A stretch of DNA of 64,000 nt from Callorhinchus milii (Eukaryota): NCBI RefSeq assembly GCF_018977255.1, contig NW_024704742.1, positions 1,676,001 through 1,740,000 of the forward strand. Reading direction: 5' to 3'. The notes under the pieces are model-generated. The model saw only the letters and a program-made list of their open reading frames with translations, ran no database searches and was not told the origin of the DNA. Below are positions 38,388 through 49,283 of this stretch, one piece after another. The position numbers and the translations under genes are program-made. How positions within the stretch are numbered: the stretch's first letter is position 1; each line of letters starts with the position of its first letter.

Positions 38388-40533
38388 GTGGGTGCATTGA
38401 GATCGACCTTATTTTCCCCTGTGGCAATGTGTTTTAATATTTGTTCCAGCGGATTTTTTTATTTATTTTTTATCCACCCTGTGTTGTTTCATTGGAATAG
38501 TCTGAGAAAGTTCCATTCAGCGAATATAGATATTTCTCAACACGTTAACAGTGCAGATCTTTTCGAAACGTTTCCTGGTGTTTGTCCTACACTCGTCCTT
38601 CACAGTCCTGCGCTCTCTTGCCCTTCTGGGTCAGTGCATCGAAATTTAATCCGTGTTTATTCTTTTTTTTATCCCATGAAGCATTTCCTGTAGCTGTGTA
38701 AAGTCACCGTGATAAATCTCTTTCTGAGGAAGAGGAATGCTGGTTTATCTAACCGTTGCCGTGTTAGTACCGCGTGAAGGGAGTATTTAACAGCGTGGTG
38801 TTGTGTAGGGCTACTTCGGATGTTTGATGTCCATAGTCCGCTTGCTTTGTTGGACCAGCAGAGCTCTGAAATAAATATAAAGCTTTAGTCAAGCCCTCTG
38901 CGATAGAAAAAAATGACCTTAAATTCTATCAATACCTGCGTGAAATTGAAGGCCCCCAAGAGCGATAGTGAGAGGGATATTTTCCGTACGTTCCCATAAC
39001 GCTTCTTCCTCAATAAATCATAACAAATGGTCATCTTTGCATCGATATAGCTTCCTTCAAATCGCGAGGATGTCTTAAAGCGATTGACGCGATTTTACTG
39101 TGAAGTGTAGTGGCTGTGTATTTTGCAGATGAACGCAGCAGCCCATTGAGCCAGCCTGATGTCACAGGGAGAGCCATCCCCTTGAAGGCTGTTCTCTCAC
39201 CCACTGATTTTAACTCCGTTGGGATTTGTATCCGTACAATAAAATTATTCACCCGGGCAGAAGGCTGTTCATATCATCGGAAATGTTCTATCAGAGACGC
39301 ACGATGTCAGTGCGTTTCTAAGAAGGGCAAATTAGGTTCAGGTGTTGTCTCCTCTGAAAATGTGCCCTGTATTCCCACTACTACACGTTGTGGATGGTTT
39401 GTTTGCTGTGGGGCTTTGCTGCTGCTGATGCCAATTCTCTGAAATACTGAAAGAATCATTCCTACGATCTGGATCTTGCCTCCGATAGTCTTGTCTCAGC
39501 AACCAGTGCCCTACAATCTCTATTTCTTCGGATTTCAGAGCGAAGAGGGAGATTGGAGAAGATAGGTAACAGTAAAGCTCGCAATTTATTGGACGCACAA
39601 ATTCATAAAATGCCACAGAAAATCTGCCAAACTCCTAAAAGATCAATTTCACTCGCAGGAAATCCTAATAAGAAATTGTTTTAGCACTTTATGCAAACGT
39701 CGAACAATAAATCCAGTTAACTGGTTGCTGTAGATTTCAATGAGCCCCATTTCACGTACAGTCAATCCTGACATGACACATTTATTTTACGCTAATTCAA
39801 ATGAACCCCAGCTATTAGAATTTACTATCTGTAAATTGTAATAAAGCTCATTTCACCTACAGTTACTACTAATGAGATCCATTTCATATCCATCGGTAAA
39901 TGGATATTAAAGGTCCCAGAACACCATTCAAACGGAGAAGTGAGTTTCTCCCAGTGTTCTGGATAAATTGTTCATTCATTCAAGTTTGTGGGACCCTGCC
40001 TCAGTGTTTCCCTGCAATAAAAATAGGGATGATATTTGAGAGTAATTGCTTGTCAAGTGCTTTGAGACATTTTATCATGAATTGGTACCGTAAAAGTACA
40101 AGTTCTTTACAGTCACAGTGATTTCTAATGAGCCCCATTTCATCACGAGACACGTCATAACATCACGAGATTGGTATGGATGAAGAAGGCACTTCGAATC
40201 ATCCAATCTCATCATCCCATTGCACCCAAACAACTATCCTCCCATTCACAGCATCAGTCTTTTTAATGGAGTCCGGTGTTCTGGTCTCAACTATGTTTCC
40301 TAGTGTTCTGGTCAGAGTTTGACCAGAACCGTACGCAGAACTCCCAAGTGCGGTTTGACCAGAACGCAATACAGACCGAATAGAATATTGCTTCTGGGAT
40401 CTAAACTTAACTGATTTAGCTTCATAGCCAAACATCCTCTTTGAGGATCATTGTTCTGTAAAAAATTGCCGTTCTTAAATCCTGTGGTACACTTTGAAAC
40501 ATCTTTCCAAGAAGCACTATGTCAAATGCAAGG

Positions 40534-40576
<43 letters not shown>
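40534..40576 (+). repeat. (TTA)n microsatellite grown from a SINE tail
   Basis: CAAATGCAAGGA followed by about 14 TTA units. Confidence 0.9.
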
Positions 40577-40577
<1 letters not shown>

Positions 40578-41021
40578 AGCAGTAAATGCCATATTCTAGT
40601 GCCAATTTAAGTAAATGAGTAAGATTGTTCAGCCGTGTCTGTCAGGGTCAAACGAAAGGGATTAGTATTCTTCAAGCTGGTGTGTTGTGTGTTCTTGTTG
40701 CATGGTTAAAAACTATTATAATCTTGTTATTTTTATGCTATGCCAAGATATTGAATAACATATCTAAAATTAACTGCAATGGATGCAAACCGTTGGATAA
40801 TTTTAAAAAAGTTGGATTTGGATATCGCACCTCTAATCTCAAAATATCTCAAAAAGTGCCTCATAAGCAATTGGTATCAAGTGTAAGTGACTGTGTATTT
40901 GTAGGATAGCAAACGTAAGGTCCCACCAATGGCAATGACCAATTTATGCCTAGTCTGGATTTTGAGCTCAAGTCCGCATTGGTGTGGGGCTACTGAGCTT
41001 ATCCAACTCTTTATTAATTCC

Positions 41022-41268
41022 ATTGTAGCTCAGTTGCAAACGCAAAAGCCTAATAATAATCCCTCCAAAAACAAACAATAATAAATTGGGTCATTTTCAA
41101 TCCACGGCTGTTTGTGGGGACGCTGCTGTACGCAATTGGCTGCCGCGTTTCGCCCACAAATATACAGTCAATTCACTTTACAGTCTATTCTATGAAGCGC
41201 TTTGAGACGTCGAGAAGACGTGAAAAGCGCTACATCAAATGCAAGGATTATTATTGTATTATTATTAT
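41022..41268 (+). mobile_element. SINE family A, short form with collapsed head
   Basis: TGTAGCTCAG followed by GCCTAATAATAATCCCTCC and a 3' half nearly identical to the 36837 copy. Confidence 0.85.
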
Positions 41269-41479
41269 AAGTCATGTTTCTGGCTTCGCAGGATCCAAAT
41301 GTGCACAAAATGCTGGTGGAGCCTCTGCACGTTTAGGATGACGATACTATATTTGTGCGTAGAAGTTATACGTTTTTTTATTTTAATTCTTAGAATCTAG
41401 GGATCTATAACGTTCAACGGGTTTCTTAATTTTCTTCTCGTTATTTCAGCCCTGCTGCTTTTTGTTCACCAATTACACC

Positions 41480-41786
41480 AGCGTGATTCAGTTGGTAGGC
41501 ACTCCTTCCTCTGAGCGAGACATTTGTCTCAGCAGTCGAAGTTCAGGACTTTCGAGTCCTTTGAGCTCAAAACCCAGTCTTTGGAAAGAGAAGGGAGATT
41601 CTCCCTGTGCCCTGGCCAACAATTCTCCGGGCAAAAGGAGTCATTCACTTCCCAAAATGTTCGGGAAATTGGCTGCAACCTTTTCCTGCACGGTCGCTGC
41701 ATTTTGCAGGAAATTCCGACGCATTGAGATGCTGAAATATTTCTCTTTTCGAGTAAGACGCCAGCCAAACGCAAGGATTATTATTG
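41480..41786 (+). mobile_element. SINE family B (Deu-like), partial and diverged
   Basis: Head remnant, GAAGGGAGATTCTCCCTGTGCCCTGGCCAAC, and tail. Confidence 0.65.
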
Positions 41787-42537
41787 TCAACGCGGATTGC
41801 GACTTTGGGAGCATCTTTGACTTTAATAGCTGCGTTATGTGCAAAGAATATTGTGGTTTTAAGTAATGCAGAGTATTACTGATATGTTAATATAATACAT
41901 TTCCAATGATCGCGCTGCAGTGAAGTGTTTCGACAATGTTCAGGATCAGTGGCCAACCAATGGGCGTACGTTAAGTGCAGTAAATTTTCATTACTAATAA
42001 ACAGTCCTTTGGAAATCAAAGCAATGGATAAAATGTTGACTGGGCTCCTTTCAGCGGTGAATAAAGGAGAATTGCTCAAATCTTAGTGAGAAATCAGGCT
42101 CCAGAGAAAAATAATACAAGGATGACAAAAAAGGCCTTTTGTGGTCAATTACCCAACGTTCAGCAGACATTCATAGTACCTTCAACCAACCTTCACTTAA
42201 TTGCTCCAAATCATTTAAATGTTTTCACACAGTGCTTTCCGATGGCTTCATTTCAGCGTGGGAAGCTCTGGCTTTTTTTTTCCTAATATAAGACCTGGCT
42301 TACAAACAGCAAATTGAGATAGTTTTGGTTTGTCCTATCCCTGAATATCGTCGCCAGCATTTACAGCTTTGCCTTGTATCTGACGTAACTTTAACCTGTA
42401 TTAATATGCGGTATTTTCGTTGCATCTTTTTTTTAAAAAAACGCGATGCAACTTGTGCAAGGCTTGTGTCCACGTGTTATTTGCGACTTTGTTTTTTTTG
42501 CGCGTTGCTCTTCCATTTTGTCCATCTGTACCGATAC

Positions 42538-42605
42538 AGCGCTTTGGGACGTCCTCCTGACGTGAAAGGCGCTTTATAAATGGAATCTTGTTGTTGTTGT
42601 TGTTG
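42538..42605 (+). mobile_element. Very short 5'-truncated L2-type 3' terminus with (TTG)n
   Basis: AGCGCTTTGGGACGTCCTCCTGACGTGAAAGGCGCT...(TTG)n. Confidence 0.8.
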
Positions 42606-42719
42606 ATACTAACAGGAGCATTTGGTCAACAATCCCCAGATAGTAATTGCACATTCGCTTCATAGCTGTTTGCGGGACGTTGCTGTGTGCACATTCGCTG
42701 CTGTGTCCGATGCGTGTCT

Positions 42720-42900
42720 ACGGCTATCGAGAAAGATTGGAATAGGTTAGAGCTTTGCTGTCTGGAGATGAGACCTTACAATCGGTGAGTCCAAAACAAA
42801 GGGACATAGATATAAGGTGACTCGTAGCAGATCTAAAAGGAGGTTTAGGAGGAACTTTTTTTATGCAGAGGGCGGTGAGAACGTGGAACGTAATGCGTCA
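42720..42900 (+). mobile_element. CR1 ORF2 C-terminal fragment
   Basis: Encodes TKGHRYKVTRSRSKRRFRRNFF..RAVRTWN. Confidence 0.7.
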
Positions 42901-43319
42901 AGTTTCCAATCTTTGCTGGATTCTCAAAGTAGGTAATAATAACCCTTGCATTCAGTATAGTGGCTTTTCACATTAGGAGATCCTTGCAAAGCATTTCACA
43001 GGATAGACCGTCAAGTGGAGTGACTGTGCGTCTTTTTGGGTGAAAGCAGCAGCCAACTTGCACGCTGCAATATTTAACCAACAGCTGTGGAATAAGTTTA
43101 ATTATATAAACAACTGGTGTTTATTTAGTCGTGCCTTTCATCCAAAATAATGTCTTGAAACATTCCGGAAATGAGAATAATTTTAAAAATGAAAGGAATA
43201 TAATGCGATTGCTGCTCAACATCAACCGAAACAGTTGAACCAAAAATTTCAGATGATTTTAGGCACCGAAAGGCTGCCAATATTCACCATTGAACGTGGT
43301 AGTTATCGACCAAGGTTTC

Positions 43320-43520
43320 ATAATAAATAATAATAATAATCCTTGCATTCGTTATTGCGTCTTATCATGTCTTCGAGACGTCTCAAAGCGCTTCACAGTA
43401 AAGTGAATTGACTGCATATTTTGTGGGCGAAACGCGGCAGCCGATTGCGCCCAGTGGCGTCCAAAAACAGTCGTGGATTGAAGTGACCCAATCATTATTT
43501 TTTTGAAGGAATTATTGCCC
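43320..43520 (-). mobile_element. SINE family A, 3' portion
   Basis: Conserved tail and 3' body. Confidence 0.8.
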
Positions 43521-43894
43521 TCTGACTAAATATCAAGCAAAAACAATGAATTGCACTAAGCACACTTTCATTACGTTCATTTTTGTTGCCCAAATCTGCG
43601 GGAGACTTGTACGCACTGAGCATTTTGGAGGCTAACATCACATTTTGTAAATGTTTGTGTATGCCTACATACAGTTCCTGTTGGCTGGGAGCTTTAACGT
43701 CAGCCAGGCTGTACCTCACGTTGCCACTAGATGACAGACTGAGACCGTGGATTATAATGTGCATTAAAATGATTTCATAACCAAAACACTGATGGCTGCA
43801 TAACCACTTTCAAAGTTTGCAGGCAGTAAATAGTATGTGTGTTTTTAGCAGAGATGCTGTGCTTTAAATTGCATGAGTTATTCATTTTCACAGC

Positions 43895-44315
43895 GGCAGC
43901 CTGTCTCAGTTGGAAGCGCTCTCGCCTCTCAGTCAGAAGGTTGTGAATTCAAGCCCCATGTTTTCAACTCACAGCCGAGGCAGACACTCCTGTGCGATGC
44001 AGGAGATGTTCCTCGTTGTCGAAGGTGTCACTCCTTCAGCTGAGACATTAAAACACGAACCAGTCTGCCTGTCAGGTGGACGTTACAGATCCCACGGCAC
44101 TATTCTAAAACAGAAAGGAGCTTCTCCCTGCCCCAGCCATCACCCTGAATAAAATCGGCCGTTGACTTCAAGGCTGTTTGCAGGTCATCGCTGTGCGCGA
44201 ATCAGCTGTTCCATTTGCCCACAGAATGCACAGTCACTAAACTTTATACTAGATGCTGTGAAGCACTTTGAGATATCCCGACAAAGTTATAAAGAGCAAT
44301 GTCGAATGCAAGAAT
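43895..44315 (+). mobile_element. SINE family B (Deu-like), full length
   Basis: CTCTCGCCTCTCAGTCAGAAGGTTGTGAATTCAAGCCCC head, GCTGAGACATTAAAACACGA Deu-like block, and tail. Confidence 0.8.
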
Positions 44316-45304
44316 CACGTTGAGTCTCAATAGTTCTGTGAGTCGCTCTTGAAAGCATCAGAGGGTTGGCTCTATACAGATGGTGAGCATATTGCACAGT
44401 GTGAGTGCAATTCTACACTAAATACACAATGATTCTCAAACATTTAGATTAACCAGCCGTGCTTGTTCTGCAGTGCACTGTAGGTTCTTTTATCCAAAAG
44501 GCAAACATCAACGTAAATTTCAGTTGTTTTTAAATAAACAAAATAATAAAAGTCCTCCTCATTTCAACTGTTAATCGGGACTTGGATGTATCATTATTTG
44601 AAATCTTCTGTCTATTTTCCAACAAAGTTGAAGGGCAAACTTGTTCAATACAATGTTAAGGAAGCGATCAAGTCTTAAAATCCCCATTTGGAGGCTGTTG
44701 CTGAAGTAGATGATTTTTCTGAAGACTTAAATGAATTATTTAATTGTCATCTCCACATGGTACAAATCAGGAAGTTTGACAGGAAAATAGCTCAGCATGC
44801 CTGACTCTCTAACATCTCCTCTTGTATTGTGTGACTTCCTCTCAGTCTCAGCTTCCCCATGAGGTCTTAAGTTAGGTTTCTCCCTTTACTGCCATCAGTT
44901 GCATTGGCATTTCCCCAACGAGCTTATTTTTTTCTCCCTTTAGGACAATAACTCATCTGTTTTTGACATATTGGACAAAGCAGTGTTTTCCGTACAATTT
45001 ATGTGAGACTCAACACAATAACACCCGAGACTTGGCCAACTTGGGTTCAGAATCCGGGTCAGGAGGAAGAGACTTTCTCCAGCAAAGGGGCATAACTGAT
45101 ATCTGTGAAGAGATGGTGACTTCATTTCATATTATCATGCCTGATTGAAAAACCTCTTCTCAACAAAGACCGTCTCCGGATGCTTGAAGAACTAATGAGA
45201 TTGAGAATGGCAAAGGTCAACTCATGAATAAGTGTTCATTCAGACAAACGTTTGAGTTTGACTTGTTTACCAGATTCTCCCTTTCTCCCCAGAAGGCGAG
45301 GACT

Positions 45305-45712
45305 TTAATAATAACCCTTACGTTCCGCGCAAGGAGGACGTCTCAGAGAGCTCAGATTTCTGAAGAGTAGTAGTTGTGCGTTTACGTAGGTGAACGTGGC
45401 AACCAATTGTTTGCACAGCAACATCCCACAAACAGCCATGAGGTGAATGACCCATTCTGTGAAGGACACCGGGAAAAAATTCCTTCTCAATCTCATTCCT
45501 TCTCTCAACAAGTGGAGCCACGGGATCTTTGCCATGAACCTGAGCAGCAGGTGGGACCTCAGGTGTAACATCTCACTCAAAGGGCAACACCTCTGACCAT
45601 GCAGCACTCCACCAGTAACGCACTGGAGTGTCAGCCAGACTACGAACTCAAAGCCCCGACTTGCGGTTTGACTCGGTGGTCAGAGTGTTGTCAACTGAGC
45701 TGCCTTGACACT
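45305..45712 (-). mobile_element. SINE family B (Deu-like), full length
   Basis: Reverse complement of the family B architecture. Confidence 0.75.
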
Positions 45713-46095
45713 CGACCAGGAGCAGGAATCCTGACTGGGCTCAAGCCCAAGCCGCATGCATTGCCTTTGTGGTTCACTCGCTGAGTTCAACTGACCGTAA
45801 AGAGCTGACTCCTGAGCATTGCTTCAGCTGATAATGTGCCCGGAATGCATTTTTTTTTTATTCCTGTTGGGAGCAAAAATCTATTCAGCATTAAATATCA
45901 TTTGTCATTTGTACATCCATTTGCTCAGACTCCACAGGGCTTTCAGAATCATGCACCAATTGCTTTGGTGCATGTTGTTTTCACAACAGCTTGACGTCTT
46001 CTACTAACGTAGACATTCTGTTTACAGAATTGTCCCTCCACACGTTAAAGAACACAGGGACCAGAAAGGAGTGATCTGCTGTAGTCTCTCCAGGG

Positions 46096-46300
46096 CTAAA
46101 TGTTCCAACCAGTGTGTGGTTCTAATATCCCCAAATCTCTTTCTGTATCACAAGCTTTCACGTTCACCGTGATTTTATTTCGAGGCACTTCATGAAGTCC
46201 TTTCAGAAAGTCGAGCGATATGGTGTCGATCAAATTACCCTCATCCAGAAACTCAGTTATCTTCTTGAGGAATTCCATTAAATTTGATGGACAAGCCTTT
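46096..46300 (-). mobile_element. CR1 reverse-transcriptase fragment
   Basis: EFLKKITEFLDEGNLIDTISLDFLKGLHEVP resembles the CR1 RT motif EF..VT..VD.G..VDV.YLDF.KAFD.VPH. Confidence 0.7.
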
Positions 46301-46519
46301 CATCAACTCGCATTGGTTTTAGATTGCCTTAGCTTTCACTAGATAATTGGAATTACTTTACCACAGTCTTTGAAATGAGAGACACAGCGTTTTCTGCGTC
46401 CTGCTTCCAACATCATTTACCTTTTTTTGAATATATATAGTTATAAAAAACAATGCAGTTACAGGTTCCAGCCCCGGCCCGATTCGCTTGCTAAAAGGTT
46501 TATGCCATTTCCGTGCCCT

Positions 46520-46845
46520 TGTTCAGCCGGTAGCGTTCTCGCCTCTGAGGCAGAAGGGTGTGGTGGGTTCCAGGATTTGAACTCACACAGTCTAAGCTGA
46601 CACTCCCCAGTTCTTGGGATTGTGCTGCATTTTTGGAGACGTTGTTGTTTGGATGGGGTATTAAACTGAGGTCCCACCTGCCTGTTCGGGTGGACGTTCA
46701 AGATCTGTAGTGACTGTCGTGTTTTTTTAGGCTAATGCGGCAGCCAACTTGTGCACAGCGAGGTCCCACGTGAAGCCATGAAGTGAGCGACCCATTTTAT
46801 CTGGGGGATTGTTGACCAGGACACTGGGAGAAAATCCCTTCTCTT
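46520..46845. mobile_element. SINE family B: 5' half on the + strand (about 46520-46710) and 3' half on the - strand (about 46730-46845)
   Basis: Head and Deu block in sense orientation, immediately followed by the reverse complement of the next family B segment. Confidence 0.65.
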
Positions 46846-46960
46846 TTGTTGTCAGAGCGTTTAAAATGGAAATCGGATCAATTTCCTATCGTTATTTAGC
46901 CTCAGGTGGGCTTGGTGTATCTGGTCCAACCCTCACATCTCGGAAAGCTGCTTTTGCAGT

Positions 46961-47080
46961 AAATAATAATAATAATAATCCTTGCGTTTGATATAGTTCT
47001 TTTCAGACCTTCGAGACGTCTCAAAGCGCTTCACAGGATAGACTGTAAAGTGAATTGACTGTATATTTGTGGGCGAAGCG
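46961..47080 (-). mobile_element. SINE 3' tail fragment
   Basis: Conserved tail with (TAA)n. Confidence 0.8.
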
Positions 47081-48263
47081 CAACTAATACACAGCCACAC
47101 ACACTAGCGTGCAAACAGCAAAGGGACGAATGCAATTATTTTCTCTCTCTCTCTCTCTCTGCTTCAGCCGTTTCACCGGATTTGACTTTGCCCCCTCCGT
47201 TCGGCCCCCTCACCCTCCCTCCATCTGCCTTACACGGCCACCACTTATTCTTGCTTTCCGCCTAACTCCGCCCTTTTCTAATTGCCGATTGCGAGGGCTA
47301 ACACGGCAGGCAGCCTTGGCCGTGTCTGTCACCTTTTACGTCGGCTGCTGATTGTGGCCTGACTTCTTGACAGGCCGACAGCAAGAGCTGATGGCAAGGC
47401 GGGGGGGGGGCGGGGTGGGGGGCGTTGTGGAGGGAGGGAATAGCTTCCTTGCTGATACTCGCAGCTTGCTAATGTGCCTGTTGTCAGATGTACTTAAATG
47501 AACTTAATAGGCAATGCATACGGAATCGGAATTGAATTAAACGTCATCCGCTGCAAACTCTCCGCTGCTTTGCTGGAGCGGAAACGAGGTGTGTTTGTGC
47601 GCATTGATCAAGAAGCGAGCGGAACCGGACGCCCGAGCTGCTGGTTCACCACTATTCGGAGTGCCGTTTCTTTCTAATTGCTGTCTTTTTTGGGGGGGTG
47701 GGGTGGGTGGGGGGGCTTCCTATTCCGTGCTGTGGCTGACGCCAGTGGCAATTGCAGTAGCCAATTGTCGACCGTTGAGCTGAGTCCGAGGGCGGCCCTC
47801 TCTGTAGTTCGGTGGCAGAGCTGGGAAGACGCCAGGAGTCACTCAAGCTCTGAGTTTCACATTGCGCTTCACACTATGGCTCAGTAAAAGAGGAAGGTCT
47901 TCGTATTTGATCTGAAGTCAGACAAGGAGGGGACAAGGCAGAGGGGATTGAGGCAGCGAGTTCCAGAGCTTTAACATGCTTTCAAACCGTCTGTTATTCT
48001 GTCCATTGGAATCTGGATGACTACATTCCTGATGAAGGATTGAATGTTGGTTCTCAGTTCCCATTTGCCACAACTGTGTAAAAAGTTTCTTTTGACAGTG
48101 AAGTGTTTGCGTATTTCCCAGGACTCGTCTTGGTAACCTAGTGTGAGCGTTGTAACAACATCGCTGTGGCGTTAAATACTTGCTGAAGTCTGCTACGTGC
48201 CTGTTCACTCCTTTCACATCAAGTGGTGGCAATATGTATTTTGCTCAAGTGTGCTGCTCAAAT

Positions 48264-48641
48264 GGAGTCCTGTAGCTCAGTGGTTAGAGCACTCGCCTCG
48301 CAAGCGAGAGGACCTGGGTTCGATTCCCGGGCAGGGCAAAACGTTGGCAAGTTTCCTTACTCCACACGCCTCTGTTTACCCAGCAGTAAGTAGGAACCCG
48401 GTTCTTAGTTGATTAGTGGATCGCTTTTCTGGGGGTAATAATCCCTTTTTAAAGAAAATTCTAAAAATAAGTATTTGGTCACTCAATCCACGACTGTTTG
48501 TGGGGACACTGCTGTGAGCAATTGGCTGCCGCGTTTCGCCCACAAATTATACAGTCAATTCACTTTACAGAGTATTCTGTGAAGGGCTTTGAGACATTTA
48601 GAAGATGTGATAAGGCGCAATAATCAAATGCAAGGATTGTT
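48264..48641 (+). mobile_element. SINE family A, long form, full length (tRNA-Ala-like head, CORE-like body, L2-type tail)
   Basis: A box TAGCTCAGTGG, B box GGTTCGATTCC, CORE-like TTGGCAAGTTTCCTTACTCCACACGCCTCTGTTTACCCAGCAGTAA, tail ending CAAATGCAAGGATT. Confidence 0.9.
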
Positions 48642-49167
48642 CCAGTTTGCTGCAGTCGTACTGAGCAGGTCATGTGGAGGGAATCGGCTGTGATTTGACT
48701 CTTATTGAAGGAGAGTCTGTTCTACTGAATAGATGGGAGCTGGAGTCAATAGGAGTTTGAAAAACATTCACCCATGACATGATTGCCTGTCACGTGGTAG
48801 CGAGGCTTATTTGGAGCCTGTGGGTTACCCTTGCCTGTGGGGAAGGTTGTCCATGGGCTGTACCAGGGGTTAGACAGAAACAATAAAACACGGCGGTGAT
48901 GATTCTTTCGCTGTGATGCTAAGATACGTTATAATTGAAATGTTTCATTGGGCATCAGTCAGGGATGCTGAAATTGAAGCTTTAACTCGGTCTGCTCGAT
49001 GATCTGGCACAAGGTTCGCCAGGGTCTGAAAAGGAAAAGGGAGTCCTCCGTCCTTTCTGTTTTCAATATCTGTCTCAAAAACCTTTTGCTTTGACCGTCC
49101 CTTTGATCACCTCCCTCTTACTGCACTCCATCTCCCGCCCTGCTCTGCAGAATGTTTTGTAAAGAGA

Positions 49168-49283
49168 TAATAATAATAATAATCCTTGCATTTGATGTAG
49201 CGCTTTTCACGTCTTCTCGACGTCTCAAAGCGCTTCACAGAATAGACTGTAGAATGAATTGACTGTATGTTTGTGGGCGAAAG
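49168..49283 (-). mobile_element. SINE 3' tail fragment
   Basis: Conserved tail with (TAA)n. Confidence 0.8.

Noticed and set aside
43721..43740. CTCF-like TTGCCACTAGATGACAG
   Set aside because: Mismatch in the core and no supporting context; cannot be supported without ChIP or conservation data.
44944..45006. Strong acceptor followed by GAC, a candidate for the next CCSER1 exon
   Set aside because: Translates DNNSSVFDILDKAVFSVQFM then stop; it does not match the expected DVLNNLGSCELDEDDLMLD-type exon.
47258..47275. CCGCCTAACTCCGCCC resembling the SV40 21-bp repeat (vector contamination)
   Set aside because: Single short GC-box-like match with no flanking vector sequence.
48266..48338. Genuine tRNA-Ala gene
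   Set aside because: It continues directly into a SINE body and tail and is repeated with variation throughout the window, so it is a SINE head.
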